Origin: Dendrobates tinctorius
Taxonomy: Eukaryota
Assembly: GCF_039654945.1 (NCBI RefSeq)
Contig: NW_027361732.1
Span: 12,090,001 to 12,154,000, forward strand
DNA: 64,000 nucleotides
Direction: 5' to 3'
Shown: piece by piece, positions 26,477 to 38,790 of the stretch
Layout: the number at the start of each line of letters is the position of its first letter
How positions within the stretch are numbered: position 1 is the stretch's first letter
Made by a program: the position numbers and the translations under genes
Notes under the pieces: model-generated
The model's input: the letters and a program-made list of their open reading frames with translations, nothing else
Database searches by the model: none
Told to the model about the DNA's origin: nothing

Positions 26477-28837
26477 GACTTTATTTCTACCTTTTGCATA
26501 TGGAGTATTGGCTGAAGTCTCTCACTTTCTATTGAGTTTCTCTAAGGACAATCAGCATTTCTTACATGCATCTTGTATTATTTAGAAGATCTTTACCTTC
26601 CTATTGTAGTCTAATGGACCACAACTTGGATTGTGAATCATATCCTAAAACTGCTTCTGGAATTGACTGAACTAAAATGAAATTTAGCAGGTCTCTCTTT
26701 TTTGGGGGGCAGTTGGGAGAGGATGGTCATTTGTCTAACTAGAATATTTGTATTACAGAATTGGAACAACCTAAACTTGTCGGTGACCTGGTAAAAGCGT
26801 ATGTGATTGTGTTGCCATAAAATAATGATCATTGATTTTACCTGGAGAGACTTGTTTGGGGTTAGGTTTGTTAGTGGTAACAGAATTCATATCTACACAG
26901 TTCCTGGGAACAAAGTCAATAATGAGATGTTGATTTCAGCTGCTTGGGCTTATTGTAGTAGACAGTTGGTGTGAGATAATTAGCGTTTGGATGGAAATAA
27001 AAACGTTTGACGTTTGTTGGAGTTTGCTCTCAGTGATTGCTATATGCTTTTTTTTTTTTTAGCATGAGGAGAATATCTTGTGACTTAATATTTTATCAAT
27101 AGCTGAAGGATTGCTAGTAGCTTGCGTCTACTTTCCTTCCAGGCTTCTGGTCATGCTCCTTAGTGGTGCCTGCTGCTCAGGCCATGCTCGAGCACTTGAG
27201 ATGCCTTGTTAGAGCTTGATGGGTAGCTTCTGCTAAAGAGGATGCTCGCTTGGATAATTAATTTAGACTTCAGGTATTAGAGAGCAGGACATGTATTTAG
27301 ATCTGACAATCTGCTATTCTTGCTTTTCTATGCTAGATGCCCTGCAAATTTGACCCTGATATCTCTCCAGGGAAGCACAGGCTTATAGATTTCAGCAGGA
27401 ATGTTTGCCTTCTAATTTTTTTCTGCGTTTATCACTGAGCCCTCTGGCATATATAGTATGAACCTTGTAAAAGCTGTTTACAAATGTTATATCAAATGCA
27501 CTGGTTTATAGCGGTTACTGTGAAATTCATCTTATTGCAGCGCATACATATATGTGTATAAATATTTAATAATTTTAAAGGGGTTGTCAATTTACAAAAT
27601 TTTTTCAAATGAGAACAGATTACACATTTAATCACTGGCACAAATAGGAATACATTTATTTATAACTGCTGATACATACAGCCACTCATAAGGTGACTCT
27701 AGAAATGTCATTTGAACGCTAGACTTGCTCAGGATGGTCTTTATCTGGTAGGATATCGCTCTGTGTCTTCTAATTAAACTTAGTGAATATTGTTAAGGGC
27801 CTCTTGTAAGTTAAAGGGGTTATCCAAGTTATAATTTTTTCATTTTTTTAATAGTTGCTTGTGTAAAAGAATTAATGAAGGGTCTAAGGTTGCTTTTACA
27901 ATAGACCTGGAACAATCCTCTACGACTAGAGGAAAAGGGGGTCTTATCATCACCGTGATTCTTTACTGTAAGAGCATTGAGACTATGGCACTCTCTGACG
28001 TGGTGGTGATTAATTCGCTAAAAAAGTTCAAGCAGGCCCTGGATGCCTTTCTTGAAAAATATAATATTATAGGTTATGGGTGCTTGATTCTGTATGAAGT
28101 CAGGCAGGTTTGTTTGACTCTGCAACACCTAAGTGTTTCAAAGAGAAACCTAATTTAAAAGCCACCTGGGACCGAGTAGCGCTGGAGACTAGTCGGACAG
28201 GCGGATTTCCCGTTTCCTGTCCTGAATTGACAGGACTCTTCCTACAAACACGTATAGGGAGAGATCTGTCATTCCATGGTATCGGGTGGCGTAAGTCACC
28301 AGGGACTCGAGTGTCTGACTAGTCGCCAGCAGCTTTTAAAGTATGTTTTTCTCTGAAACACCATAGTGTCTGAGGCAGACATACCTGCCTGAGTTCATGC
28401 AGCCAGTGCCTGATACATGCCGCCCGTGGATTGAGCAGCATGTATCAGCTGTCAGGTTCTCTTTAAATTACATTGGATAACGAGATACCTGCATGTGTAA
28501 GAATGACAAATAACTTGGTGTATTTTTGAGAGATACAATTCTAGAAACCACTGGAGCCATAGGCGGAGGAGGACATGACTTGGGGATGGGTGGACCTTTA
28601 CTCCTGCAGCTTTTTTGGTATAGTGGTATAGATTTTTAAGTGAGTGATGTTGCTTTCAGAGTAAGAAGCACAGTATGTCTGTGCCTGGGGGTTACTGTGA
28701 GGAGGGTGGGGCTTATATAGAGCAGGACATCTGTGTCTCTCCCTCTTTCATGCACAGGATGAACAGGAGGAAGCATGTCTGCAGTTTCAGGGAGTATAAT
28801 ACTGGGGTTATCACCTCACATTACAGATGATAGGAGC

Positions 28838-29180
28838 ACATTCACCTCAGACATCATGTACTAGTGTAGTATCAGCTCCTATATTATGTATGGGGTCAGT
28901 ATTACCTCAGCGATTCATGTAGCTGCCATGTCCCTCATGTGCATGCTACATTTTCCTCACAGACTGTGAGACAGCTTCTGTGTGACCACCCTGCAGACAT
29001 GTTTGATATGCTACTCTGCATTCACCTCAGACATTGTGTAGTGTGTACTAGGATAGTATCCGCTCCTACATCATCTCTGGGATCAAGATTACCTCAGAAA
29101 TTCATGTAGCTGCCATGTTCCCTCACTTATTGTAGAGGCAGCTTTTGTGTGACCTCCCTGCAGACATTTCTGATATACCA
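28838..29180. repeat. Diverged ~180-bp tandem duplication
   Basis: CATTCACCTCAGACAT...CCCTGCAGACAT occurs twice. Confidence 0.7.
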
Positions 29181-30299
29181 CATTACTGCTGTATTATACA
29201 GAGTCTTCATGAGTTCTGGGTTTATGTATGATAAGACAGAGCAGGGACACATACAGTGTCTGCCATTACTATGGTGGAGCTGGGCAGTCACATGTATTAG
29301 AGACACTGGTGAGAGGAGCAGTCGGGGGATGGTATATGTGTGATGATGAGAGGCTGCACTTCATGTTAGTGCACTGTATACTGGCCCTGCTGTGTGCGGA
29401 TTATCCCCCCTTCCCAGTTATGGAGTCTGATGATTGGTATGTGACCTCATCTCTGTTACATACTGTGAGGCTGGGTGTGCAGATCCAGTGTAACCAGGTT
29501 ACTCGCTATATGTGGTATATGTGTAAAGGCTCTATTCCTGTGCTGTATACTTAACCTGTACCACAGGTCTGTATACATGATATCACTCCTCACTCTGCTA
29601 TATAAGGATCATGATCATGCTGGGTATAGACATCCTGTGTCTCCAGGTTATTTTCCTGGCTGTACATATAATCTGGACATGACTTCCAGCTTAGTGCTTG
29701 ATTTCTGTAGCTATTGCTGCCTTTAGTCCTCCCCTTAGTATGTTGCATGATCAGAGTATACCTACCAAAAACTTATTTTATATACCTAAGATGGTGGATA
29801 GCACAGGCCAGAATGGATTGTTTTATCATGTGTAAAATAAATAATCGTGGAGTAACTCGGCACACTTGAGTGGGCACTAATAACGCAGCACATGGCGGGC
29901 AGTGAGTGGGCACTCCTAGTGTGAGGCTGCACATTGCTCTGGAGGACACATTATGGGCCCAGTTTTCAGCCCTGTCTCTCGTCTGTTGTAATTGTATGTA
30001 GTAGAGTGACTGGGATACAGAACTTGCAGTTTTCTGCTCACACACCTATGGCTGCAGGCAGCTTATATTAGACCTACATATTTCTTACCATTTATGTGCA
30101 GCTGGTGATTAGAGTCTGTCTGTAACTGCTGTAGAGGAGCAGGCGGCTTCTCATTCATTGTTACAGCATATAACACAGCATTGCCCATCTCTTGTCTATT
30201 TCTGGACCTTACGATGGGGTATTTTCCATTATTAACCTGTTGTATACCTTGGTTGTAAACCTGCATGGTTTTCACCCTCACTTATCCCACATCTTGAGC

Positions 30300-31740
30300 G
30301 GTTGGAGGGGTCCTTGAAGTTGGTTAAATATGGTCTTGGGGATCCAATGGGATATGGTTTTCCTCCTTTTGGAATTTAATATGGTTCTGGATCTGGTGAA
30401 AGGTGGAGGGGAGTTTCGGCAAGAGTTTGTCAGATCCCCAGGAAATTCAAGTGAACATTGGAACCCTTGTGGTTATGGTGCTCCCGGGCTAGTGGGGTAA
30501 TGGCTGAGTAATTGTTGGTACATTTTATGTTCACTTTATGTTTGGTAATCACCGGATTTTGGGAGCTTCAAGGACTCCTACCAGCGTGTTAATATTATTT
30601 ATGCTTTGATGTTTTATTGTATGTTTGTTTTAATAAAGGCATGAATAATAATTAAAAAAAAAAAAAAAAGGGATCGGTGTATACCCACCAAGTGCTTATT
30701 TTATATTACTTAAGATGGTGGATAGCACAGGCCTGAGTGGATTACCTGGAGCCTGGTGGTTGGGGGGGGTCCTTGAAGTTGGTTAGAAATTGGTCTGGGG
30801 GATCCATTGGGATATGGATTCCTCTTTTTGGAAGTTAATATGGTTCTGGACCTGGTGAAAGGTGGAGGGGAGTTTCGGCATGAATTTGTCGGATCCCCAG
30901 GTAATTCAAGTGAACATTGGAACCCTTGTGGCTATGGTACCCCTGAGCTAGTGGGGTAACGGCTGGGAGTAATTGTTGGTACATTGTATGTTTTGTAATC
31001 ACCAGATTTGGGAGCTTCAAGGACTCCCCCCAGCTTGTTAATGTTATTTATGCTTTGATGTTTATTTTATGTTTATTTTAATAACATGAATTAAAAATTT
31101 AAAAAAAAAACGTTATTTGTTTTCCTTTTAGTGGGTCCTTGAAGTTATTTATAAATTGGTCAGTAGGGGTAACCATATTAAGTATGGCCCTCTGGGGTGG
31201 GGTTCTTGGAGTTGACGCTGAGTCAGCGAAAAGGAATTGGAAGTTAAAATTCTGAACATTTAAAAACTGTGTCGGTGGATCTGGCTTTTGGTGACGGCTC
31301 TGGACGGGGTTTTACCCGGGAGCTTTTGGTGGTTGGACTTCCCGGAATGGGATGTTTTGTGCCTTCGAGCTGGTGGTTTACGGCTGAGAGTAACGTGGAG
31401 TTTTAAGTTCTTGTGTTTTTGCCAAATATTTAGCCAGAATTTTTGGGGGCTCCAAGAACCCCCCCCCCCCCCTCAGGTCGTATAAGATTGTGTATTTAAT
31501 ACTTATTGTAAATGTTTGTTATTTGTTAATAAACTGGCTGCTGACTCCCCTGGGTTTGGAAGGGTAACCATTTCAGGTATGGCACCCTGGTTTTTGAGGG
31601 GTAATCATCTCAGGTATGGCCCCCCTGGTATGGAGGGGGTAACCATCTCGTGTATGGCCCCCTGGTATGGAGGGGGTAACCATCTCTGGTATGGCCCCCT
31701 GGTATGGAGGGGTGACCATCACGGTATGGCCCCCTGGTCT
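30300..31740 (+). repeat. Array of three stem-closed modules plus a ~32-bp tandem repeat; possibly derived from the 3' region of a YR (Ngaro-like) retroelement
   Basis: Modules 1 and 2 are diverged copies with A-tails and module 3 shares the closing stem. GGGTAACCATCTCAGGTATGGCCCCCTGG occurs about 6 times at 31561-31738 and once at ~31166. Confidence 0.6.
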
Positions 31741-31826
31741 CCAGAAGCATTTATTATAATATTATATATATATATATATATATTTTATATATTATATATA
31801 TATATATATATTATTATAATATTATA

Positions 31827-32203
31827 TGCAGGATTTGGGAATGTTTAGTTTGCAAAAGAGAAGACTGAGAGGAGACTTAATAGCTGTCTACAAATATCTA
31901 AAGGGCTGTCACATTGTAGAAGGATCAACTTTATTCTCATTTGCACAAGGAAAGACTAGAAGCAATGGGATGAAACTGAATGGGAGGAGACACAGATTAG
32001 ATATTAGAAAAACTTTTTGACAGAGTGATCAATGAGTGGAACAAGCTGCCACGAGAAGTGGTGAGTTCTCCTTCAATGGAAGTCTTCAAACAGAGGCTGG
32101 ACAGAATTCTGACTGGGATGATTTAGCGAATCCTGCTTTGAGCAGGGGGTTGGACCAGATGGCCCAGGAGGTCCCTTCCAACTCTACGATTCTATGATTC
32201 TAT
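31827..32203 (+). mobile_element. Short 3' fragment of the same CR1 family as 19983-22757
   Basis: Near-identical reverse complement of ~19984-20365; ends GATTCTATGATTCTAT. Confidence 0.95.
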
Positions 32204-32469
32204 ATTTTATAGGACCCTGTTAGGGTAAAGTCCCTGGGGTCATGGCAGTCATATTTTGCATGCCTACAGAATAAATTGGCTCCTATGAGCCAGGAACAGC
32301 GGCTGGAGGGGAGAAGAGAACAAGGTAGGCATGCTTTTCAATACAATCTATAGCTTTAAGGACCCTCTCTCTTTTTTCATGTGACTTGAGCATGCCGAGG
32401 CACAGTTTTGACTGTTTATATTGACCAAACCATGTTTCTTTCCATGTTTCTTTCAAGGTTGTCGTCTGG

Positions 32470-32885
32470 ACAATGCAGTTATCTAGTGCATGAAACTGAA
32501 GAGCAATGTACCTAATCTGTGTGCCCTTGAGTCAGTGGGAGTGACTAAGGGTAAAGTAATCCAAGTGCATTAACATGAAGGGCAATATGCCTATTCCCGA
32601 TGCCCTTGAGCTGGTGGGAGCGGCTAAGTGTATAATCTAGTGCATTAACACAAAGGGCAGTATGCCTATTCCTGATGCCCTTGAGCTGGTGGGAGCGGCT
32701 AAGGGTATAATCAAGTGCATTAACACAAAGGGCAGTATGCCTACTCCCGGTACCCTTGAGCCAGTGGGAGCGGCTAAGGGTAAAGTAATCAAGTGCATTA
32801 GCACGAAGGGCAATATACCTATTCCCAATGCTTTTGACCCAGTTGGAGAGGTCAACAGTAAATGTTATCAAGTGCATGAAAAACA
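32470..32885. repeat. ~68-71-bp minisatellite, about 6 copies
   Basis: Unit AAGTGCATTAACACAAAGGGCAGTATGCCTATTCCTGATGCCCTTGAGCTGGTGGGAGCGGCTAAGGG. Confidence 0.85.
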
Positions 32886-33165
32886 ATAAACAATGGCGTG
32901 GCAGGGTTATTAATAATGCCTTTGTAGACTTTTTCTGCTTTAGGTTTATTTAAATTACTACTTGTTGATGTTATATTGTGTATAGTTTTTAATTAATCCC
33001 TATTTATAATTTCTTTCTATTGATATGTTCATCACTTTTCGGGTAGTGATAGTAAGTGGGTTTAAGAAATTTTACTGCACAGCTACTGTAAATAATGGTG
33101 GTTTCTAGAACTAAAATCTGTGAATTGGTGAATTATTAGAGCTGGCTACAATGCATGCGGTATAA

Positions 33166-33489
33166 GGGTATGTGCACACGCTGCGGTTTTGCTGCGGTTT
33201 TGGCCCTGCAGAACTGCAGCATTTCCGCAGACATGGTACTTTACCATGTTAGCCTATGGGTTTTAAAAACCGCAGTGCTCACGCTGCGGTTTTTTACCTG
33301 CGGAAAAGCTGCGTTTTTTTTTTCCGCAGCATGTCAATTGTTTCTGCAGATTCTGCTGCGGTTTGCCACCTATTCCATTGTCCAGGTGTCAAACCGCAGG
33401 GCAAAACCGCAGGTCACTTTACCTGCGGTTTTACCTGCGGTTCCGCAGGAAAAAACCCGCAGGTGAATCTGCAGTGTGTGCACATACCC
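33166..33489. mobile_element. PIF/Harbinger-type MITE
   Basis: Perfect TIR GGGTATGTGCACAC and TAA TSD. Confidence 0.85.
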
Positions 33490-35214
33490 TAATAGTTTTT
33501 TGAGGCATGACAGATGTCATTATACAGGTATTCAGATTGTAGCTACGACCTTAGTTATGGTTTACTTTCCACATTCCCCATTATGGGATCCTCATTGCAG
33601 GATGTTTAGCAACTGTTATTTTGCTGTAGTTACCGTATTATCGATCATAACTTGGTAGCATGGCATTGATAAAATTCCAGAGCTCCGACAGATTAATTTC
33701 ATATTTTTTGTTATTACTTGTGTGCACAGTCTTTCCATAGCATGTAGAAATGGTTGATGGCTTTATTAGGCATGGTTGATGGGGGTCGAGTCCATTTAAG
33801 GTGTCAAATGGCCTCTCTGGTGGAGGTTTAAGAGTCAGGTGGAAGTTGCAGACAAGTTAAGGTGGACTCATTTTAACTAATAGAGGATGTAAAACCTCAT
33901 GGTGGTGAACAAGCTCGGCTTTGGTGGCCAGCCTCAAGGACGTTGTAATGGTAACGTCAATCAGGGGCGGGCACAGTGGTTAAGCACAGGAGTGAGGATA
34001 AAAGGGTCATTGGTGCCCTGAAAGATTACTGGCTCTGCTTGAACGTCAAACCAGTGCGTGCCGCCCCTTTATGGCTGTCTAGCCTGGTTCTGTATGTCAG
34101 ACAGCTGGGGATATCACCGTACTTGTGAATCCCAATGTACTAGCACTTCACCTGACTCCTACTGTGATTGTTTTAATCCTGTGATTTAAATAAAGCTGTG
34201 GCCATTTTGACAACCAAAACAACGTGTTGTGTATTTATTCTAGTGCCTTGGTTTACTGTAGTTATGGTGGTTTTAAGATGGAGTGGAGGTCCGTCCCATA
34301 TCCATAAGTCATGGAATTGGAACAATACGTGTAACCTCTTTTTTATTTCTTTACACTTTCTGTGGATAGTGCTCTTACAGTTTAGTCAATAAATAATTTT
34401 ACTATGCACTGTTTTCCCACTCCCTTTTGGTTAGCATTTACAATCATATTAGGAACTTGAATATTGTCTGGAAAGTATATTTATACAGTAAGTTAAATTG
34501 AGACTACATTATATGGCACCATGTGAGTGATTTTTCCGTGGGGAGAGTGTTTTTCTGAGGATCTTGAGGTCATCAATATGGCCTTCTTAAGGGATTAACA
34601 GAAATTTTGCTAAAGGAAGTAAATATCAGGCTAACCTTAACAAATTAAAGGTATTGACAGAATGTGTCTAGGCTCATAGAAGAAAAAAACCATAATAAGC
34701 ATATACCCTGCAGTATATATACAAGAATAGTGCATGAAAATAATATAGGGTGCATGGTTAACATAATTTTGATCTAAAAAATGTAAAGGTCATCCCACCT
34801 CATCACTGTGACCCTATTCAGGACAGTCCTAACCTCTAATTAAAACCTTACCATTTTTCAAGTGAGGTGCATGTAGATAAGGGCTTAGAAGGACATGCAG
34901 CCATGGGGAGCCATATGAATGTAATGTCCAGCTCCGAGAAAAGGCTGGCTACACCTTTTCTATGCAAACAAACTGAAACAAAAAACCTAAAGACATGAAA
35001 TACAATGAGGTTTTTTTAGGTTTATAGAGGTTAAAGGTTATAGACACCTTAGACATGAAAAGTAATGAGTTTGACAATTTCGACTAAGTTTCAGGCAATT
35101 TCCATTATTCATTTTTGGGCTCCCTGATATGCTGTTTGCAACCTGGTCTTAATTTCAGATTTTTTGTGGCTATTTCTCCCCTAATATTAAATGATGGGTT
35201 TGAGTTCTGTGTGT

Positions 35215-35490
35215 CTACAATGCTTCGGCCCTCTGCTGCATTTGACACTGTTCATCACCAGCTTCTCCTTACTATACTCCATTCTATAGGTCTCAAAGAA
35301 ATAACTCTCTTGGTTTTCCTCCCACTTCTCTCATCACTCCTTCACTGTATTGCCTGCTCATACTCCTGTCCTCTTCCCCTTACTGCAGGAGCTCCTCTAG
35401 GGTTAGTAGTCCTAGGCCCTCTCCTCTTCTCCCTATATACTGACTAAATTGGACAAGTAATCAGCAGATTTGGTTGCCAGTACCACTAAA
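35215..35490 (+). pseudogene. Old L2/CR1-clade RT fragment
   Basis: SAAFDTVHHQLLL and VLGPLLFSLYT motifs. Confidence 0.6.
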
Positions 35491-36502
35491 CAAAACCTGC
35501 TTTTTGTAAGCGGCGGCTTTACGACCAAGAAAGCAGGATTTGCCTGCAGAAAAAAACTTCTGCAAAAACGCAATGTGTAAATGTCGCGTTACTTTGTTTT
35601 TTCTGTATGTGCTTTTCTGCCTATCCATACTGTAATACAGTACTTCTGTGTGATCCACACTTCCTGAAAATTGGGTCCTTGGGCCTGCTGCCTTTCTCTA
35701 AGGTCAGGGGCAGGCTGCCCTAGATTCTCTCATTGAGAGAAACAGACTGATTATGCAAAATACACGTTGATCAGAGTGTAATTTGCATAATCTCATCAGA
35801 CTCATTGACTTGCATGGCCAAGTGTGATCCAAATATAAGATAAAATTTGGTAATGCAGCAATTTTTTTCACAGACCATCTTTGTCTAGGAAAAAATCAGA
35901 TATTTACACGGCCCATTAGACTAACATTGGTCCGAGTGTGATCCATTGTTTTGTCGGATCGCACTTCGAAGGAAAATACACTAGTGTGCAACTGCTGTAA
36001 CACTGAGAGAAAGAAGGAGCAAAGCAGAGAAAGAGCAGTCAAAGCCAGAGCTAGTGTACTGTCCTATCTATGACAGAAGCAGCAGAATAGCCAGCTATGT
36101 GATAAAGGTACTCAGACTATACTGCAAAATTTACATTTTGAATGAATGCTATTTAGAAAGTTGCTTCATTTCAGGTTTAGGAAACAAATTGTTGATTCTT
36201 AATATTGTCTATAAATATTGCCTATATCTTTACATAACAGGCAGCTTTTGGGTGTGTATATATAATGTGTGTAATGACTGCAGCTAAATACTGTAGATCA
36301 ATACATTCCATGGCTGGTATGCAGAAGCTAGAGGATTGAGATGCACAGTGCTGCGTCTGTCTCCCTCTTAGAAAAGCACCCTTTGTATAATTTGAATTGA
36401 ACTTAAGTGAATCAAATAAATAACAATTTAGGAAGCCATCAAAGTGTTGCATAAATTTGCATGAAACAGTAATGGCTTTTTTTTGTTTGTGTTGGTTTGC
36501 AG

Positions 36503-36610
36503 CAATTAGTAGCAATGCAAGAGGAGTTAAACAACAAGAAGAGTGAACTCCAGAAAGCCAAGGAAGAACAAACTCATGCACATGCCCTAGCGAATGTTCT
36601 CAAGGAACAG
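36503..36610 (+). CDS. ENOX1: Internal coding exon (108 nt, phase 0-0) of ecto-NOX disulfide-thiol exchanger 1, coiled-coil region
   Basis: Preceded by a U-rich tract ending TTTGCAG and followed by GTGAGC. Translates as QLVAMQEELNNKKSELQKAKEEQTHAHALANVLKEQ, which matches human ENOX1 QLLTIQEELNNKKSELEQAKEEQSHTQALLKVLQEQ as I recall it. I found no neighbouring ENOX1 exons in the window. Confidence 0.88.
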
Positions 36611-36903
36611 GTGAGCCAGAACCAGACAGAGATTTGTGCTATCAGGTGGAAAATTGTACACAATCATTGTTATGCTAATTGTAGCTTGTATTTAGGAACA
36701 CTTTCTTCTATAACTGGTAGAGGGAAAATATAGGCTAGGGTGTGCAACATCACTCATCCCTGTAATAAGTCTTTGGTCTCCAGGAACTTAAGACCCCCAC
36801 CACAACCCCCTAGCTTCCTGTCACTCATTGACAACGTTTTCTTAAGAATTCCCTGCAAGAGGCCTTTACTGATATTGGCATCCATATAAATAAATGATAA
36901 CAT

Positions 36904-37138
36904 GGGTAGCAGGGTGGCTCAGTGGTCAGCACTGCAGCCTTGCAGCGCTGGGGTCCTGGGTTCAAATCCCATCAAGGACAACATCTGTAAGGAGTTTGTA
37001 TGTTCTCTCCGGTTTCTCTGGGTTTTCTCTCACACTCCAATGATGGGGAATATAGATTGTGGGCCCCAATGGGGATCGCGATGATAATGTCTGCAAAGCG
37101 CTGTGGGATATCATGGTGCTATATAAGTTAGTAAAATA
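36904..37138 (+). mobile_element. tRNA-derived SINE
   Basis: A box TGGCTCAGTGG, B box GGTTCAAATCC, A-rich tail and possible AACAT TSD. Confidence 0.85.
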
Positions 37139-38604
37139 AACATAAAATATCACTGATTTTGAATAAGAGGATAGTATCCGAACTCTTTTCCACATATCTG
37201 CCACATTACTTTGTAAAAGTTGTAAGTTTTCCCAATATCTCTTACCCTTGTAATCGCAGTCATATTGATCATTAATATAGACTTGCAAACATAGCTATAA
37301 TTCTGTAGTACCACAACTTGATAGCATCCTCCTACTTTTCTAACGCTATTTTTTTTGTGAATTGTTTTACCTGACGTAATGTATGGATTGCTATGTAGGA
37401 ACATAAGAAATCTTATTTAAAGTGTATGGTCAGCTCTGAACACTGCTTTATTTATGAAGAATCTGCATTACAAGTCGAAAAACATGCACTGTATTCTGGA
37501 AACGATAAGCAAGCAGGTAGACACATCTCCATAGGTGCATTACACTAGTTAATGTTCAAGGTAAATGGCCACCGGTCAGCACCATGTTTGCCCATCGGTC
37601 ATCATTTAATAAACTGTTTAGACAGGTAGAGTGCGCTTTAGGTGTACACTATCACCTATATTAAATTTCTCTGTGCATATACGCAGCCATTGTTCTCTAG
37701 TCTAAAAGTCTTGTTTACACAGGAGAATGTGCTGCCGAAAACAATTATATTTTATCCTAAAGAACATTTTACCCAACAAACAAGTGTTTTTCTCTTTTGT
37801 CGGATGATTGGCACACTATTTGCACTGGACTGCTCCTTGGAACGCCCGTGGCAGATAATCATTATACTATTAGGTTCTAACAGAAGACAATTATGGTCAT
37901 AGGCCCACAAGTAGAGCAATGTGAATAAAAGTATAGGATTTATTAGGAAAATATACCACAGAAAAGTGGCGTCATGAAAGCCATGAGAGGACGAAAAAGG
38001 GGCAAAAAGTATTGACTTAAAAATGTTTTAAGGTATGCCAATATATGACTCAATACATACAATGTCAGATAAGTATAAATAAAAGGCTCCATAAACCGAT
38101 GGAAACCTTAGCCTACCCTTGACGCCAACCTGCAACTTAATTTTCCTGTTGAGCCTTTTTCGACTTAGGTTCTAACAGAGCAGATTGCAGTTTTGGGCAG
38201 TGTTTGATGCTTGCTTTCACTTTTTTTTTATAAACCTAGAAGAAAGTAGAAAAGCCTCTTCGCTCAACCATAAAGCAGCCATGTTTTCTCATCACTGTGA
38301 CAGTCACAACTGGACCAACCCTGGGACTCATGGCCTGACCAGATGCATCAAAATCCCATGTACTTCTGTTAGTTTGAATCATAAGACTAGCAGTTGTGCT
38401 TTGACTTCCAGCCGAAACACAGATGAGAAACTGTTACTGCAATATGCTTGTGTGAAGTAGCATGGGGCTTTGTGAAATCTGATTTTTCCCACTGTACTTT
38501 GATTGTGAGTTTGCATAGGCTCACTGCCTTGTCGTCATCAAGACTTTTTATCTTTTTATTTTTTTGAACCAGTAAAGGAAAATAAAATCGGTAGGCAAAA
38601 AACA

Positions 38605-38790
38605 CATCTGTAAAGAGGAACAATATCAATATATATCCTTACGGGAGAGTGGTTTTGTTTAGCTTGTTTGTAAATTCTACTCAGAATTCATATTTGTCAT
38701 CTGTAAAGAGGAACAATATCAATATATATCCTTACGGGAGAGTGGTTTTGTTTAGCTTGTTTGTAAATTCTACTCAGAATTCATATTTGT
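38605..38790. repeat. Perfect 93-bp tandem duplication
   Basis: Two identical units starting CATCTGTAAAGAGG. Confidence 0.9.

Noticed and set aside
32470-32885. Regularly spaced repeats resembling a CRISPR array (also 31561-31738 and 57130-57750)
   Set aside because: Units are contiguous tandem copies without unique spacers, there are no cas genes, and the context is eukaryotic.
36904-37000. tRNA gene
   Set aside because: A/B boxes are followed by a SINE body and A-rich tail, with a second copy at 43696; it is a SINE head.
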